From Anaeramoeba ignava BMAN (Eukaryota; Protista; Anaeramoebae), in contig JAPDFW010000086.1 in assembly GCA_028826165.1 (NCBI GenBank), positions 248,001 to 312,000 of the forward strand: 64,000 bases of DNA, in the 5' to 3' direction. The translations under genes were made by a program, and so were the position numbers. Positions 1-12,028 of the stretch are shown here, piece by piece; the first letter of the stretch is position 1; every line of letters starts with the position of its first letter. The notes beneath the pieces are model-generated. The model had not been told where the DNA came from and did no database searches. It saw only the letters and a program-made list of their open reading frames with translations.

Positions 1-2855
1 CCCAGCATTAGAAGATGATAAAGAAGATGTTAATCTTTTTGAAAAATTAAATAAATTCAAAGAGGATGTAAATTTATTAAAAGAATTTTTTTTAAAGAAA
101 AAGAAAAAATATTTATGAAAAATTTTCTTTTAAAATTATAATTGGTTTTTTTTTAGAAAAATGATAATGTTGTTGAAGAATTAGTTTTTGATGATGATGA
201 TGACGATGATGATGAAGATCCTGAAGATTTAAAAGCTAGAGATCGACAAACAAAATTATCAAATGATATTCTTAATTTAATTTCTAAACTTCAACCTGAA
301 GAAAAACCACAAACAATTTTATCAGTTTGCAATGATCTTGTACAATATTTCAATTCAAATTAAATTTAATTTAAAATTTAAAAAATATTTAAATTCAAAA
401 ATATTTAAATTCAAAAATATTTAAATTAAAAAATAATTAAATTCAATAAATAATTAAATTAAATTTAAAAATAATTAAATTCAAATTCAAAAAATAATTA
501 AATTTAAAAATAATTAAATTCAAAAATAATTAAATTCAATAAATAATTAAATTCAAAAAATATTTAAATTCAAAAATATTTAAATTCAAAAATAATTAAA
601 TTCAAATTCAAAAAATATTTAAATTCAATAAATAATTAAATTCAAAAAATATTTAAATTAAAAAATTTAAAAATATTTAAAAAAATTTTCAAAAAATTAA
701 ATTCAAAAATTAAAAAATATTTAAATTAAAAATATTAAATTCAAATTAAAAAAAATTTAGTACGAAATTTTCCAAAATAATCCAGAAACAAAAAATTACT
801 TAATCACTCATCATGGTGTAATTCCAATTATGGAAATGCTTGAATTATCCAATACGGAAGTATTACAAACAATATTAAAAGTAGTAAACAAAATCATAGA
901 AAACAACAACGTAATTCAAGAAAATTTATGTTTAATTGGAGGAATTCCAGCAATCATGAGGTTTTGCAGCAACGAATTCTCCAGTGATATTCGAGAACAA
1001 GCAGCTCAATTTGTTCATGAAATGTGTCACACAAGCAGAATGACACTTCAAATGTTTATTGCATGTCGAGGATTGCCAGTTTTAGTTGATCTTCTTGGAA
1101 TTGATTATCAAAAACAAAAGGAAATTATATTCAACACAATTATAGATATTGAGGCTGTTTTCCAATTAAAAAGTCCAACGCCTAAAAATGATTTTTGTAG
1201 ATTATTTGCTAAAGGCGGTTTATTATTACCTTTAGTTCGTGTTTTAAGAAAACTTAATTCAGATTTTTTATCTTCTTCAGGTCAAAAAGTTCAACCTAAA
1301 ATTGTCAAAAGATCAAATAGAAAAAAAAGTAATAAGAAATCTGTTGAATTATCTCAAGTTGTTTCTGATGATATTTTGAATAGTATTTTGAAAGATGAAA
1401 CTAAGCAGAAGTTTTTTAATTTTGAAAATAAAATTGTTGATTTATTTCTACTTTTTTCTCAAGCTGATTCTGCTGTTAAAAGGCAATTTGCGAAGATTAA
1501 AGTTTTAAAAAGTAAAAAATTTAAATTCAATTAAATTAAAAAATATTTAAATTAAATTAAATTAAATTAAAAAATATTTAAATTAAATTAAATTAAAAAA
1601 TATTTAAATTTAAATTAAAAAATATTTAAATTAAATTAAAAAATATTTAATTAAATTCAAAAATATTTAAATTCAATTAAATTAAAAAATATTTAAATTC
1701 AATTAAATTAAAAAATATTTAAATTAAATTCAAATTAAAAAATATTTAAATTTAAATTAAAAAATATTTAAATTCAATTAAATTAAAAAATATTTAATTA
1801 AATTCAAAAATATTTAAATTTAAATTAAAAAATATTTAAATTTAAATTAAAAAATATTTAAATTCAATTAAATTAAAAAATATTTAAATTAAATTCAAAT
1901 TAAAAAATATTTATTTAAATTCAAATTCAAAAAATATTTAAATTAAATTCAAAAAAATTAAAAAAATATTTAAATTAAATTAAATTCAAATTTTAAAGAA
2001 ATCATGAAAGTTTTACCAGAACTTCCAGATCAAATTGTAGCCAAAATGCTAAAATCAATCAAAAACATATCATTAGATCCAAACACATTATATGGACTTG
2101 AAAAATCATTTGCAATAGCAACACTAATCCCATTCCTTGCGCGAAGAGACGGAAACAAAACACTTCTTGGGGAAATACACAATCAAGTCTTAACAACATT
2201 ATATCATTTATGCCGAGTTAACAGAAATCGACAAGAAGAAGCAGCAGCACAAGGAATAATCCCGCATTTAAAAGAATTTATTCGGGAAAATTCGCCACTT
2301 AAACAATTTGCACTTCAAATTATTTGCGGAATGTCTCATGCTTCAAAAACAACAAGAAATCACTTGTGGAAAAATGATGGAATCAACTTCTACATGGAGT
2401 TGATGAATCTTCCTTATTGGAATACAATTGCATTGGATTCAATTTCAGTTTGGCTTGTTCATGATAAGCATCGCGTTGAAAATGCTTTGCTTCAAAAAAA
2501 TCATATTCAAACTTTGATTTCCTTATTTGATTCAACTAATGAAAGTTCTTTGAAATCAATGCTTGAATCTTTCGAAAGAATTTTGCGCAGTAAAAAAATC
2601 AATAAATTACTTGGTGAATTGGGTCTTGTTGAGAAAATTATTAAATCTTTATCTCATCCTGATGCGCAAGTTAGAATCAATCTTTTGAAAATGTTATTTT
2701 TGTTATATCAACATCATAATAATCCTTCAAAAATGATTTCGGATTATAATTTGTTGGAAATTATTAAGGATTTGAAAGAGAAAGATAATGGTGTTATTGT
2801 TACTGATATGGCTTCTAGATTTCTTAATGCTGCAAATTCTAATTCCATTTTATAA
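1..2855 (+). CDS. 3' part of Cdc15/SepH/MAP3K-epsilon-like protein (C-terminal ARM/HEAT region); 5' end lies outside the window
   Basis: Exons <1-67, 157-339, 761-1511 and 1999-2855 join in frame across GT-AG introns (68-156, 340-760, 1512-1998). Motifs QENLCLIGGIP, TLQMFIACRGLPVLV, TPKNDFCRLFAK and RQEEAAAQGIIPHL resemble the ARM region of fungal Cdc7/SepH and plant MAP3K-epsilon kinases. The kinase domain is not in the window. Confidence 0.8.
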
Positions 2856-2967
2856 ATTCTTTAAAACATTCAAAAAATTTTTTCAAAAAGAATCATTTCA
2901 AAATTTATTTCTTTTCCTTTTTTTTTTCTTTTTTTTCTCTCAATAATTCAAACTAAAAAAAGCATTT

Positions 2968-3290
2968 AATTTTAATTTTAAATTTAATTTTAATTTTAAT
3001 ATTAATTTTAATTTTAATTTTAATTTTAATTTTGATATTAATTTTAATTTTGATTTTAATATTAATATTAATTTTAATTTTTATTTTAATTTTGATTTTA
3101 ATTTTAATTTTAATTTTAATTTTAATTTTAATTTTAATTTTAATTTTAATTTTAATTTTAATTTTAATTTTAATTTTAATTTTAATTTTAATTTTAATTT
3201 TAATTTAAATTTTAATATTAATTTTATTTTTAATTTTAATTTTAATTTTAATTTTAATTTTAATTTTATTTTTAATTTTGATTTAAATTT
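2968..3290. repeat. (TTTTAA)n microsatellite
   Basis: Directly visible hexamer tandem run between convergent genes. Confidence 0.9.
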
Positions 3291-4339
3291 TAATTTTGTT
3301 TTTCATCTTGATTTGATTTTGATAATCTTTCCCATTTTGAAGTAAATTTAATTTTTGGATGAGTTCCAAACATATTAGTAATTGGACATGTTTTTTCAGC
3401 AAGATCCACAATTTCTTGAATTATTTTATCATCAGCTTCACATTCTAATTTAAGTTGAACTTCTATTGTTTGAAAACCTGAAAAAATTTCTAAATTTTCG
3501 AAAGCTTTTGGATCTAATTCTCCATTAACTTGAATTTTAACTTCTCCAATTTGAACATTCTTTTGTTTTGCAACAAGTCTAATAAGAATTACTTCACAAC
3601 CAGCTAAACTTGAAAGAAGAAGATAAATTGGACTTGGTCCTGTCTATTATTTTGATTAAATTTATATTTTGATTTAAATTTATATTTTGATTTAAATTTA
3701 TATTTTGATTTAAATTTATATTTTGATTTAAATTTATATTTTGATTTTAAATTATATATTTTGATTTAAATTTAAATTATAATTTGATTTTAAATTATTT
3801 ATATTTTATAATTTAATTTATAATTTTGATTTAAATTATAATTTGGATTTTAAATTATATTTTTTTGATTTTAAATTTATAATATTTTGATTTAAATTTA
3901 TATTTTGGATTTAAATTATAATTTTGATTTAAATTTATAATTTAATTTTTGGATTTTGATTTAAATTTATATTTTGATTTTTGATTTAATATTTATATTT
4001 TGATTTTGAATTATATTTTGATTTAAATTTATATTTTGATTTAAATTTATATTTTGAATTTAAATTTATATTTTGAATTTAAATTTATATTTTGAATTTA
4101 AATTTATATTTTGAATTTAAATTTATATTTTGAATTTAAATTATATTTTGAATTTAAATTATAATTTGATTTATATTTATATTTTTGGATTTAAATTAAT
4201 TTATAATTGAATAAGTGAATATATTTTATGTTCCTCCATATTTTTAGATTCATCAATATCAAATTGAAATTTTTGTAATTTATATTTTTTAAAGGTTCTT
4301 CTATTTGAGAAAATTATATTTACGATTTACAGGAAACAT
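3290..4339 (-). pseudogene. OsmC/Ohr family copy 1: intact exon 2, degenerate exon 1
   Basis: Exon 2 (3643-3290) is open: TGPSPIYLLLSSLAGCEV...CPITNMFGTHPK...stop. The exon-1 equivalent at ~4225-4340 retains FPV, EEPL, FDIDE and GGT traces but has frameshifts, stops and no GT donor. Confidence 0.65.
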
Positions 4340-4769
4340 TTTTGAATTTAAAAGAATTTAAAAGAAAATTTAAAAATATTTTGAATTTAAAATTTAGTTT
4401 GTTTTGATTATTTAATTTAATTTATTTTAAAAATTTTCAAAAATAATTGAATTTGAAAAATGAAAAAGAAAAATAAAAAAAGCAAAAAAAATTTGATTTG
4501 TGATTTAATTTGATTTTCAATTTGATTTAAATTTTGATTTAATTTAAATTTTAATTTGATTTTCAATTTGATTTTGATTTTGATTTTGATTTTGATTTTG
4601 ATTAATTTGATTTTGATTTTAATTTTGATTTAAAATTTTGATTTTGATTTAAATTTTGATTTTGATTTTGATTTTGATTTTGATTTGAATTTTGATTTAA
4701 AATTTTGATTTAAATTTTGATTTTGATTTTGATTTGAATTGTGATTTAAAATTTGGATTTGATTTTGAT

Positions 4770-5512
4770 TTAAAATTTTGATTTTTTTAATCTTTCCCAT
4801 TCATTTGTGAATTTAATTTTTGGATGTGTTCCTAACATACTTGCAACTGGACATCTTTGTCTTGCTGCTTCCATTACTTCATGTAATGTTTTATCATCAG
4901 CTTCTGATTCTAATTTAAATCGAACATCTATTGTTTGATATCCTGGATAAACATTTGGATCTCCATATAATCCTTTTAAATCAATTCCTCCATCAACTTC
5001 AACTTGAACTTCTCCTATTTTTACTTTTTTTTCTTTTGCAACAAGTCTTAAAAGAATCATTTCACAACCAGCTAAACTTGAAAGAACAACATAAAGTGGA
5101 TTTGGTCCTGTCTATTATTTTTATTAAATATTGAATTTGATTTGATTTGATTTGATTTGATTTGATTTAATTTGATTTAATTTGATTTAATTTGATTTAA
5201 TTTAATATTAAATATTGAATTGAATATTAAATATTGAATTGAATATTAAATATTAAATTAAATATTTAATTTGATTTAATTTGATTTGATTTAATTTAAT
5301 TTAATTTAATTTGGTTTAAAAAATACATTATCTCCACCTAATTTTTTGATCTCATCAATATCAATTTTAAAATCTGCTAATTGTAATTTTGTGTGTAAAG
5401 GTTCTTTTGGTTGAGAAACTCCACTTACTTTTATAGGAAACAATTTTGAAGCAGAACGAAGAAAAAGAGAAGAAAAAGATTTTGTTGGTTTAGCAGAAAT
5501 TGCACTTAACAT
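4770..5512 (-). CDS. OsmC/Ohr family peroxidase-like protein with N-terminal organellar presequence (copy 2)
   Basis: Exon 1 5512-5327 (186 nt), GT-AG intron 5326-5112, exon 2 5111-4770. DE..LGG..GPNP....SSLAGC and CPV motifs with both Cys. N-terminus MLSAISAKPTKSFSSLFLRSASK is Ser/Lys/Arg-rich with no acidic residues. Confidence 0.88.
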
Positions 5513-5697
5513 TTTAATTAAAAGAAAACTAATCGAAAAATAAATATTTTTTTTAATTCAAAAATTTTCTATCCCTTTTCTTTTTTTGGAAACATGATTT
5601 GGATTTTCTTTGTTGATGTGGAATTTTTTGTGTAAAATAATTAAGATTTGGGGTTTCAATTTTTGGATAAACCAATTTGGAAAAATGAATCACTTAA

Positions 5698-6800
5698 AAA
5701 ATTTTATTTACAAATTTATTTACAAATTTATTTTTAAATTTATTTACAAATCTATTTATAAATCTATTTACAAATTTAGTTACAAATTTATTTATAAATT
5801 TATTTACAAATTTATTTACAAATTTATTTACAAATTTATTTACAAATTTATTTATAAATCTTATTTACAAATTTATTTACAAATCTATTTACAAATCTAT
5901 TTACAAATTTATTTACAAATCTATTTATAAATTTATTTACAAATTTATTTACAAATTTATTTACAAATTTATTTACAAATCTATTTATAAATCTATTTAC
6001 AAATTTATTTATAAATCTATTTTAAATTTATTTATAAATTTATTTACAAATTTATTTACAAATTTATTTCTTTTTTTATTTACAAATTTATTTTATAAAA
6101 TTTTATTTATAAATTTATTTACAAATTTATTTAAAAATTTATTTACAAATTTATTTTACAAATTTATTTACAAATTTATTTACAAATTTATTTACAAATT
6201 TATTTATAAAATCTATTTATAAATTTATTTAAATCTATTTTTAAATTTATTTATAAATTTATTTACAAATTTATTTACAAATCTATTTATAAATTTATTT
6301 ATAAATTTATTTACAAATTTATTTACAAATCTATTTACAAATTTATTTATAAATTTATTTATAAAATCTATTTACAAATTTATTTACAAATTTATTTACA
6401 AATTTAGTTACAAATTTATTTACAAATTTATTTACAAATCTATTTATAAATCTATTTACAAATCTATTTACAAATTTATTTACAAATTCATTTTCACTCT
6501 ACTTACAAATTTATTTACAAATCTATTTACAAATTTATTTACAAATTTATTTACAAATTTATTTACAAATTTATTTACAAATCTATTTACAAATTTAGTT
6601 ACAAATTTATTTACAAATTTATTTATAAATCTATTTACAAATCTATTTACAAATTTATTTACAAATTTATTTACAAATTTATTTACAAATCTATTTATAA
6701 ATCTATTTATAAATTTATTTACAAATTTATTTATAAATCTATTTATAAATCTATTTACAAATTTATTTACAAATTTATTTACAAATCTATTTATAAATTT
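5698..6800. repeat. 12-bp satellite (AAATTTATTTAC/AAATCTATTTAC)n
   Basis: About 1.1 kb of tandem 12-mers, which produce the spurious ORF 5610-5930. Confidence 0.9.
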
Positions 6801-6995
6801 GTTGATAATTGTTTGAAGAATTTATTTTAGAATATAGTTGAAAAATTAATTTGAATTATGAATGAAAGAATTTATTTAAAAATGTAATTGGAATGAAAAA
6901 TCTTGAAGTAAATTTTTAAACTAAAATGTAATTGCTTGAATTTGATTTGGATTTTGATTTTGATTTTTGATTTTGATTTTGAATTGTGATTTAAT

Positions 6996-8785
6996 TTAAT
7001 TTTTTGATTTTGATAATCTTTCCCATTTTGAAGTAAATGTAATTTTTGGATGAGTTCCTACTATGCTAGCAATTGGACATTTTTTTTCAGCAAGTTCAAA
7101 AACTTCATGAATTGTTTTATCATCAGCTTCTGATTCTAATTTCATTTCAACTTCTATTTTTTGAAAACCTGGAAAAATATCAGGATTTCTAAATGATGTT
7201 GGATCTAATTCTCCATTAACTTCAATTTGAACTTCTCCTATTTGGACTTTCTTTTGTCTTGCAACAAGTCTAAAAAGAACTACTTCACAACCAGCTAAAC
7301 TTGAAAGCATAACATGAAGTGGACTTGGTCCTGTCTATTATTTTTATTGAATATTGATTTGAATATTGATTTGAATATTGAATATTGAATTGAATATTGA
7401 ATTGAATATTAATTTGAATATTGATTTGATTATTGAATATTAAATATTGAATTGAATTGATTTGATTATTTAATTGAATTGAATATTAAATTGGATATTG
7501 AATTGAATATTAAATATTGAATATTGAATATTGAATATTAAATATTAAATATTGAATTAAATATTGAATTGAATATTGAATTGAATATTGAATATTGAAA
7601 ATTGAATATTAAATATTGAATTGAATATTGAATATTGAAAATTGAATATTAAATATTGAATTGAATATTGAATTGAATATTGATTTGAATATTGAATATT
7701 GAATTGAATTGAAAATTGAATTGAATATTAAATCATTGCTGAATATTTAATTTGATTTGAATATTATTTTTGAAAAACCTGGAAAAAATATATTAAATTG
7801 AATATTAAATGAATATTGAATATTGAATATTCTCCATTGAATATTGAATTTGAATATCCTATTTTAAATACTGAATCTTTAAATATGAAATAACAAATAT
7901 TAAATTGAATATTTTGAATATTAAATTTGAATATTGAAATTGAATATTAAATATTGAAATGGATATTGAATTAAATATTAAAAATTGAATTGAATATTAA
8001 ATATTAAATATTGAATATATTAAATTGAATATTGAATTGAATATTAAATTGAATATTGAATTAAATACGAAATTAAATATTAAATATTGAATATTGAATA
8101 TTAAATATTAAATTAACTTGAATATTGAATATTGAAATTGAATATTGAATATTGAATATTAAATGAAATTGAATATTGAATATTGAATTTGAATGAAATT
8201 GAATATTAAATTGAATATTGAATTGAATAATTAAATATTGAATATTGAATTGAATATTAAATTGAATTGAATATTGAATTGAATATTAAATATTAAAAAT
8301 TGAATTGAATATTAAATATTGAATTGAATATTGAATTGATTTGATTATTTAATTGAATATTGAATTGAATATTAAATATTGAAAATTGAATTGAAAATTG
8401 AATTAAATATTGAATTGAATATTAAATATTGAAAATTGAATTGAATATTGAATATTAAATATTGAATATTAAATTGATTTGAATATTAAATTGAATATTG
8501 AATTAAATATTGAATTGAATATTGAATATTGAATTAAATATTGATTTGAATATTGATTTAAATATTAATTTGAATATTGAATTAAATTGATAAAAATACT
8601 TCTGTTCCTCCAATTTTTTTCGGCTCGTCAATATCAAATTGATATTTCTCTGCTTGAATTTTTATGTGTAAAGGTTCTTTTTGTTGTGAAACTCCACTTA
8701 CTTTTATAGGAAACAATTTTGAAGCAGAACGAAGAAAAAGAGAAGAAAAAGATTTTTTTGGTTTCACAGAAATTGCACTTAACAT
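6996..8785 (-). CDS. OsmC/Ohr family protein with presequence (copy 3)
   Basis: Exon 1 8785-8600 (186 nt), repeat-filled GT-AG intron 8599-7335, exon 2 7334-6996. DEPKKIGGTE|TGPSP..SSLAGC...CPI. Confidence 0.88.
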
Positions 8786-9044
8786 TTTAATTAAACCGCC
8801 AAATGAAAAATGAAAACAAAAAAATGAAAAAATTAAAGAAATTTTAAAAAAAAATTTCCTTTCAAAAATTAAATAAGATTTTGGAATAAGATTTTATTAC
8901 TCTTGTTGTTATTTGATTAACTTTTTTTTGGAAAGAAAATTTTGAAAGAAAATTGATTAAAAAAAATGGAAAAAACTTTTTTTTGGAATTGAAAAAGTGG
9001 AATTTAGAAAAGTGGAATTAGAGTTTGAAAATTGAATTAAACTT

Positions 9045-10464
9045 TTATAATCGTTCCCATTTTGTTGTGAATTTAATATTTGGATTAGTTGATAGCATCA
9101 TTGCAACTGGACATCTTTTTGAAGCAGCTTCAACTACTTCTTGAAGAAGTTTATCATCAGCTTTTGATTCTAATTTCATTTCAACTTCTATTGTTTGAAA
9201 ACCTGGGAAAACACTAAGATCTCCTTTTAAGCCACTTTTATCTAATTTTCCATTAATATTCATTTTTACATCACCAATCTCTACTTTTTTCTCCTTGGCA
9301 ATCATTCTCAAAAGAACTACTTCACAACCAGCTAATCCTGAAAGAGTAACATAAAGTGGATTTGGTCCTTTCTATTATTTTTATTAAATATTGAATATTA
9401 AATTAAATATTGAATATTAAATATTGAATTGAATATTAAATTGAATATTAAATTGAATATTAAATTAAATATTAAATTGAAAATTGAATATTAAATATTA
9501 AATATTGAATATTGAATATTGAATATTGAATATTAAATATTGAATTGAATTGAATATTAAATTAAATATTAAATTGAATATTAAATATTGATTTGAATTA
9601 AATATTAAATTGAATATTGAATTGAATATTTAAATTGAATATTAAATTGAATTGAATATTGATTTGAAATTAAAATATGAATAAATATTAAATATTGAAT
9701 TAAATATTAAATGAATTGAATTGAATATTAAATATGAATAAATGAATTGAATATTGAATTGAATATTAATTTGAATATTAAATTAAATATTAAATTGAAT
9801 ATTAAATTAAATATTAAATTGAAAATTGAAAATATTAAAATTGAAAATTGAATTGAATATTGATTTGAATATTAAATTATATTGAATTTGAATATTAAAT
9901 TGAATATTGAATTAAATATTAAATATTGATTTTGAATTAAATATTAAATTGAATATTGAATTGAATATTAAATTGAATATTGAATTGAATATTGAATTGA
10001 ATATTAAATATTGAATTAAATATTGAATTGAATATTAAATATTGAATATTAAATTAAATATTAAATTGAATATTAAATTGAATATTAAATTGAATATTAA
10101 ATATTGAATTGAATTAAATATTGAATTAAATATTATATTGAATATTAAATATTGATTTGAATTAAATATTAAATATTGATTTGAATTAAATATTAAATAT
10201 TGATTTGAATATTAAATATTAAATTGAATATTGAATTGAATATTAAATTAAATTAAATATTAAATTAAAAGAAATTACATTATTTCCTCCTAGATTTTTG
10301 GGTTCGTCACAATGAACCTGAAAATTTGCTGCTTGGGATTGTGTGTGTAAAGGCTCTTCTTTCTTTCCTATTGTGGATACTTTTATATTTACCCATTCTG
10401 AAGCAAACCTCGAAAAACTAGAAAGGAAAGGATTTTTTGGTTTAGTAAAAAAAGATTTAATCAT
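9045..10464 (-). CDS. OsmC/Ohr family protein with presequence (copy 4)
   Basis: Exon 1 10464-10279 (186 nt), intron 10278-9372, exon 2 9371-9045. DEPKNLGGNN|KGPNP..SGLAGC...CPV. Confidence 0.88.
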
Positions 10465-10892
10465 TGAAATAATTTCTTTGAAAGAAAGAAAAAATGAATT
10501 GAAAAAATTAAATGAATCTTAAGGGATAATTATTTTTGAAAAGATGATTTGGCAAGTTTTTTTTTGTAAAGATTTGTTTTTTGTTTTTAATTATTGACTA
10601 TACAAATGATCAAATTAAATAAAAAGTAAAAAGAATTGCTTCTTTAAATTTGAATGAAGAAATAAAAAGAAAAAAGAATAAGATTGAGTTAATGAATTTC
10701 GATTAACCAATTTGTAAAAAAAAAAGCAAAAATTGATCAATTTATAATTTCTCAATCAAACATTAGAAAATTGAAGAGAACTTTTCTGAGATAAATCCTC
10801 AACAAAAGTATTAAGATTTTTAATTAAATTTTGAATTAAGATTTTGAATTTAGATTTTATTACTCTTGTTGTTATTTGATTAACTTTTTTTT

Positions 10893-11850
10893 GGATTTGA
10901 TTTGGATTTGGATTTGGATTTGGAATGGATTTGAATTGGAATTGATTTGGATTTGATTTGGATTTGATTTGGAATTGATTTGATTTGAATTTTATTTTGA
11001 TTTGGAATTGATTTGGAATTGATTTGGAATTGATTTGGAATTGATTTGATTTGGAATTGATTTGATTTGAATTTTATTTTGATTTGGAATTGATTTGGAT
11101 TTGGATTTGATTTGGATTTGGATTTGATTTGGATTTGAAATTTGATTTGATTTGATTTGATTTTTGAAATTTGATTTGATTTTATTTAATTTGATTTTGA
11201 ATTTGGAATTGATTTTGATTTGGAATTGATTTGGATTTGGAATTGATTTTGAAATTGATTTGATTTGAATTTGAATTTGATTTGAAATTTTGAATTTGAA
11301 TTTGAATTTGATTTGAATTTGATTTAGGAATTTGAATTTGAATTTGATTTAATTTGAATTTGAAAATTTGAATTTGAATTTGATTAATTGAAGTAATTTT
11401 TTAATTGGAAATTTGATTTGAATTTGAATTTGATTTGATTTGGATTTGATTTGAAATTTGATTTGAATTTGAAATTTGGAATTGATTTGGATTTTGGAAT
11501 TGATTTGGATTTGATTTGATTGATTTGGATTGATTGGATTTGATTTGAATTTGATTAAATGATTGAATTAAATATTGATTTGAATTTTGATTTGATTTGG
11601 ATTTGGATTTGGAATTGATTTGGAATTGATTTGGATTTGATTTGGAATTGATTTGGAATTGATTTGGAATTGATTTGGAATTGATTTGGATTTGATTTGG
11701 AATTGATTTGGATTTGATTTGGAATTGACTTGGAATTGATTTGGAATTGTTTTGGAATTGTTTTGGATTTGGAATTGAATATTAAATATTGAATTGAATA
11801 TTGATTTGATTTGAATATTGAATTAAATATTGATTTGGATTTGGATTTTG
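10893..11850. repeat. Degenerate GATTT/GGAATT simple-repeat tract
   Basis: Visible tandem (GATTTG/GATTTGGAATT) units between divergent genes. Confidence 0.85.
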
Positions 11851-11985
11851 TTATTGATCATTTTATTGTTTTAAAAATATTTAAGAATAAAATGACGAAT
11901 AAAGAATAAAAGAAATCAAAAGGAAAAAACGTAATAAAAAAAGAAAAATGACGAATTTAAAACAAAATAGAAAAAAAACAGAATA

Positions 11986-12016
11986 ATTTTTTCATTTTTT
12001 TTTTCATTTTTTTTTT
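11986..12016 (+). promoter_or_regulatory. TTTTTCATTTTT initiator-like motif upstream of ATG (example of a recurrent element)
   Basis: The same motif, often in tandem, sits shortly upstream of the ATG on the coding strand of the cathepsin, ankyrin-BTB (16445-16463), TLDc (22320-22352), Rpn10 (41585-41635) and RCC1-BTB genes. Confidence 0.55.
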
Positions 12017-12028
12017 AAATTCAATAAA

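Noticed and set aside
5610-5930. Low-complexity ORFs (also 47596-47787, 57308-57592, 60974-61159, 36033-36305, 14204-14419)
   Set aside because: Translations of microsatellites or alternative frames of real genes.
5698-6800. 12-mer satellite reads GTAAATAGATTT on the minus strand, resembling the microexon junction
   Set aside because: Implied introns would be 8-20 nt, most units lack AG, and there is no variable triplet or upstream exon.
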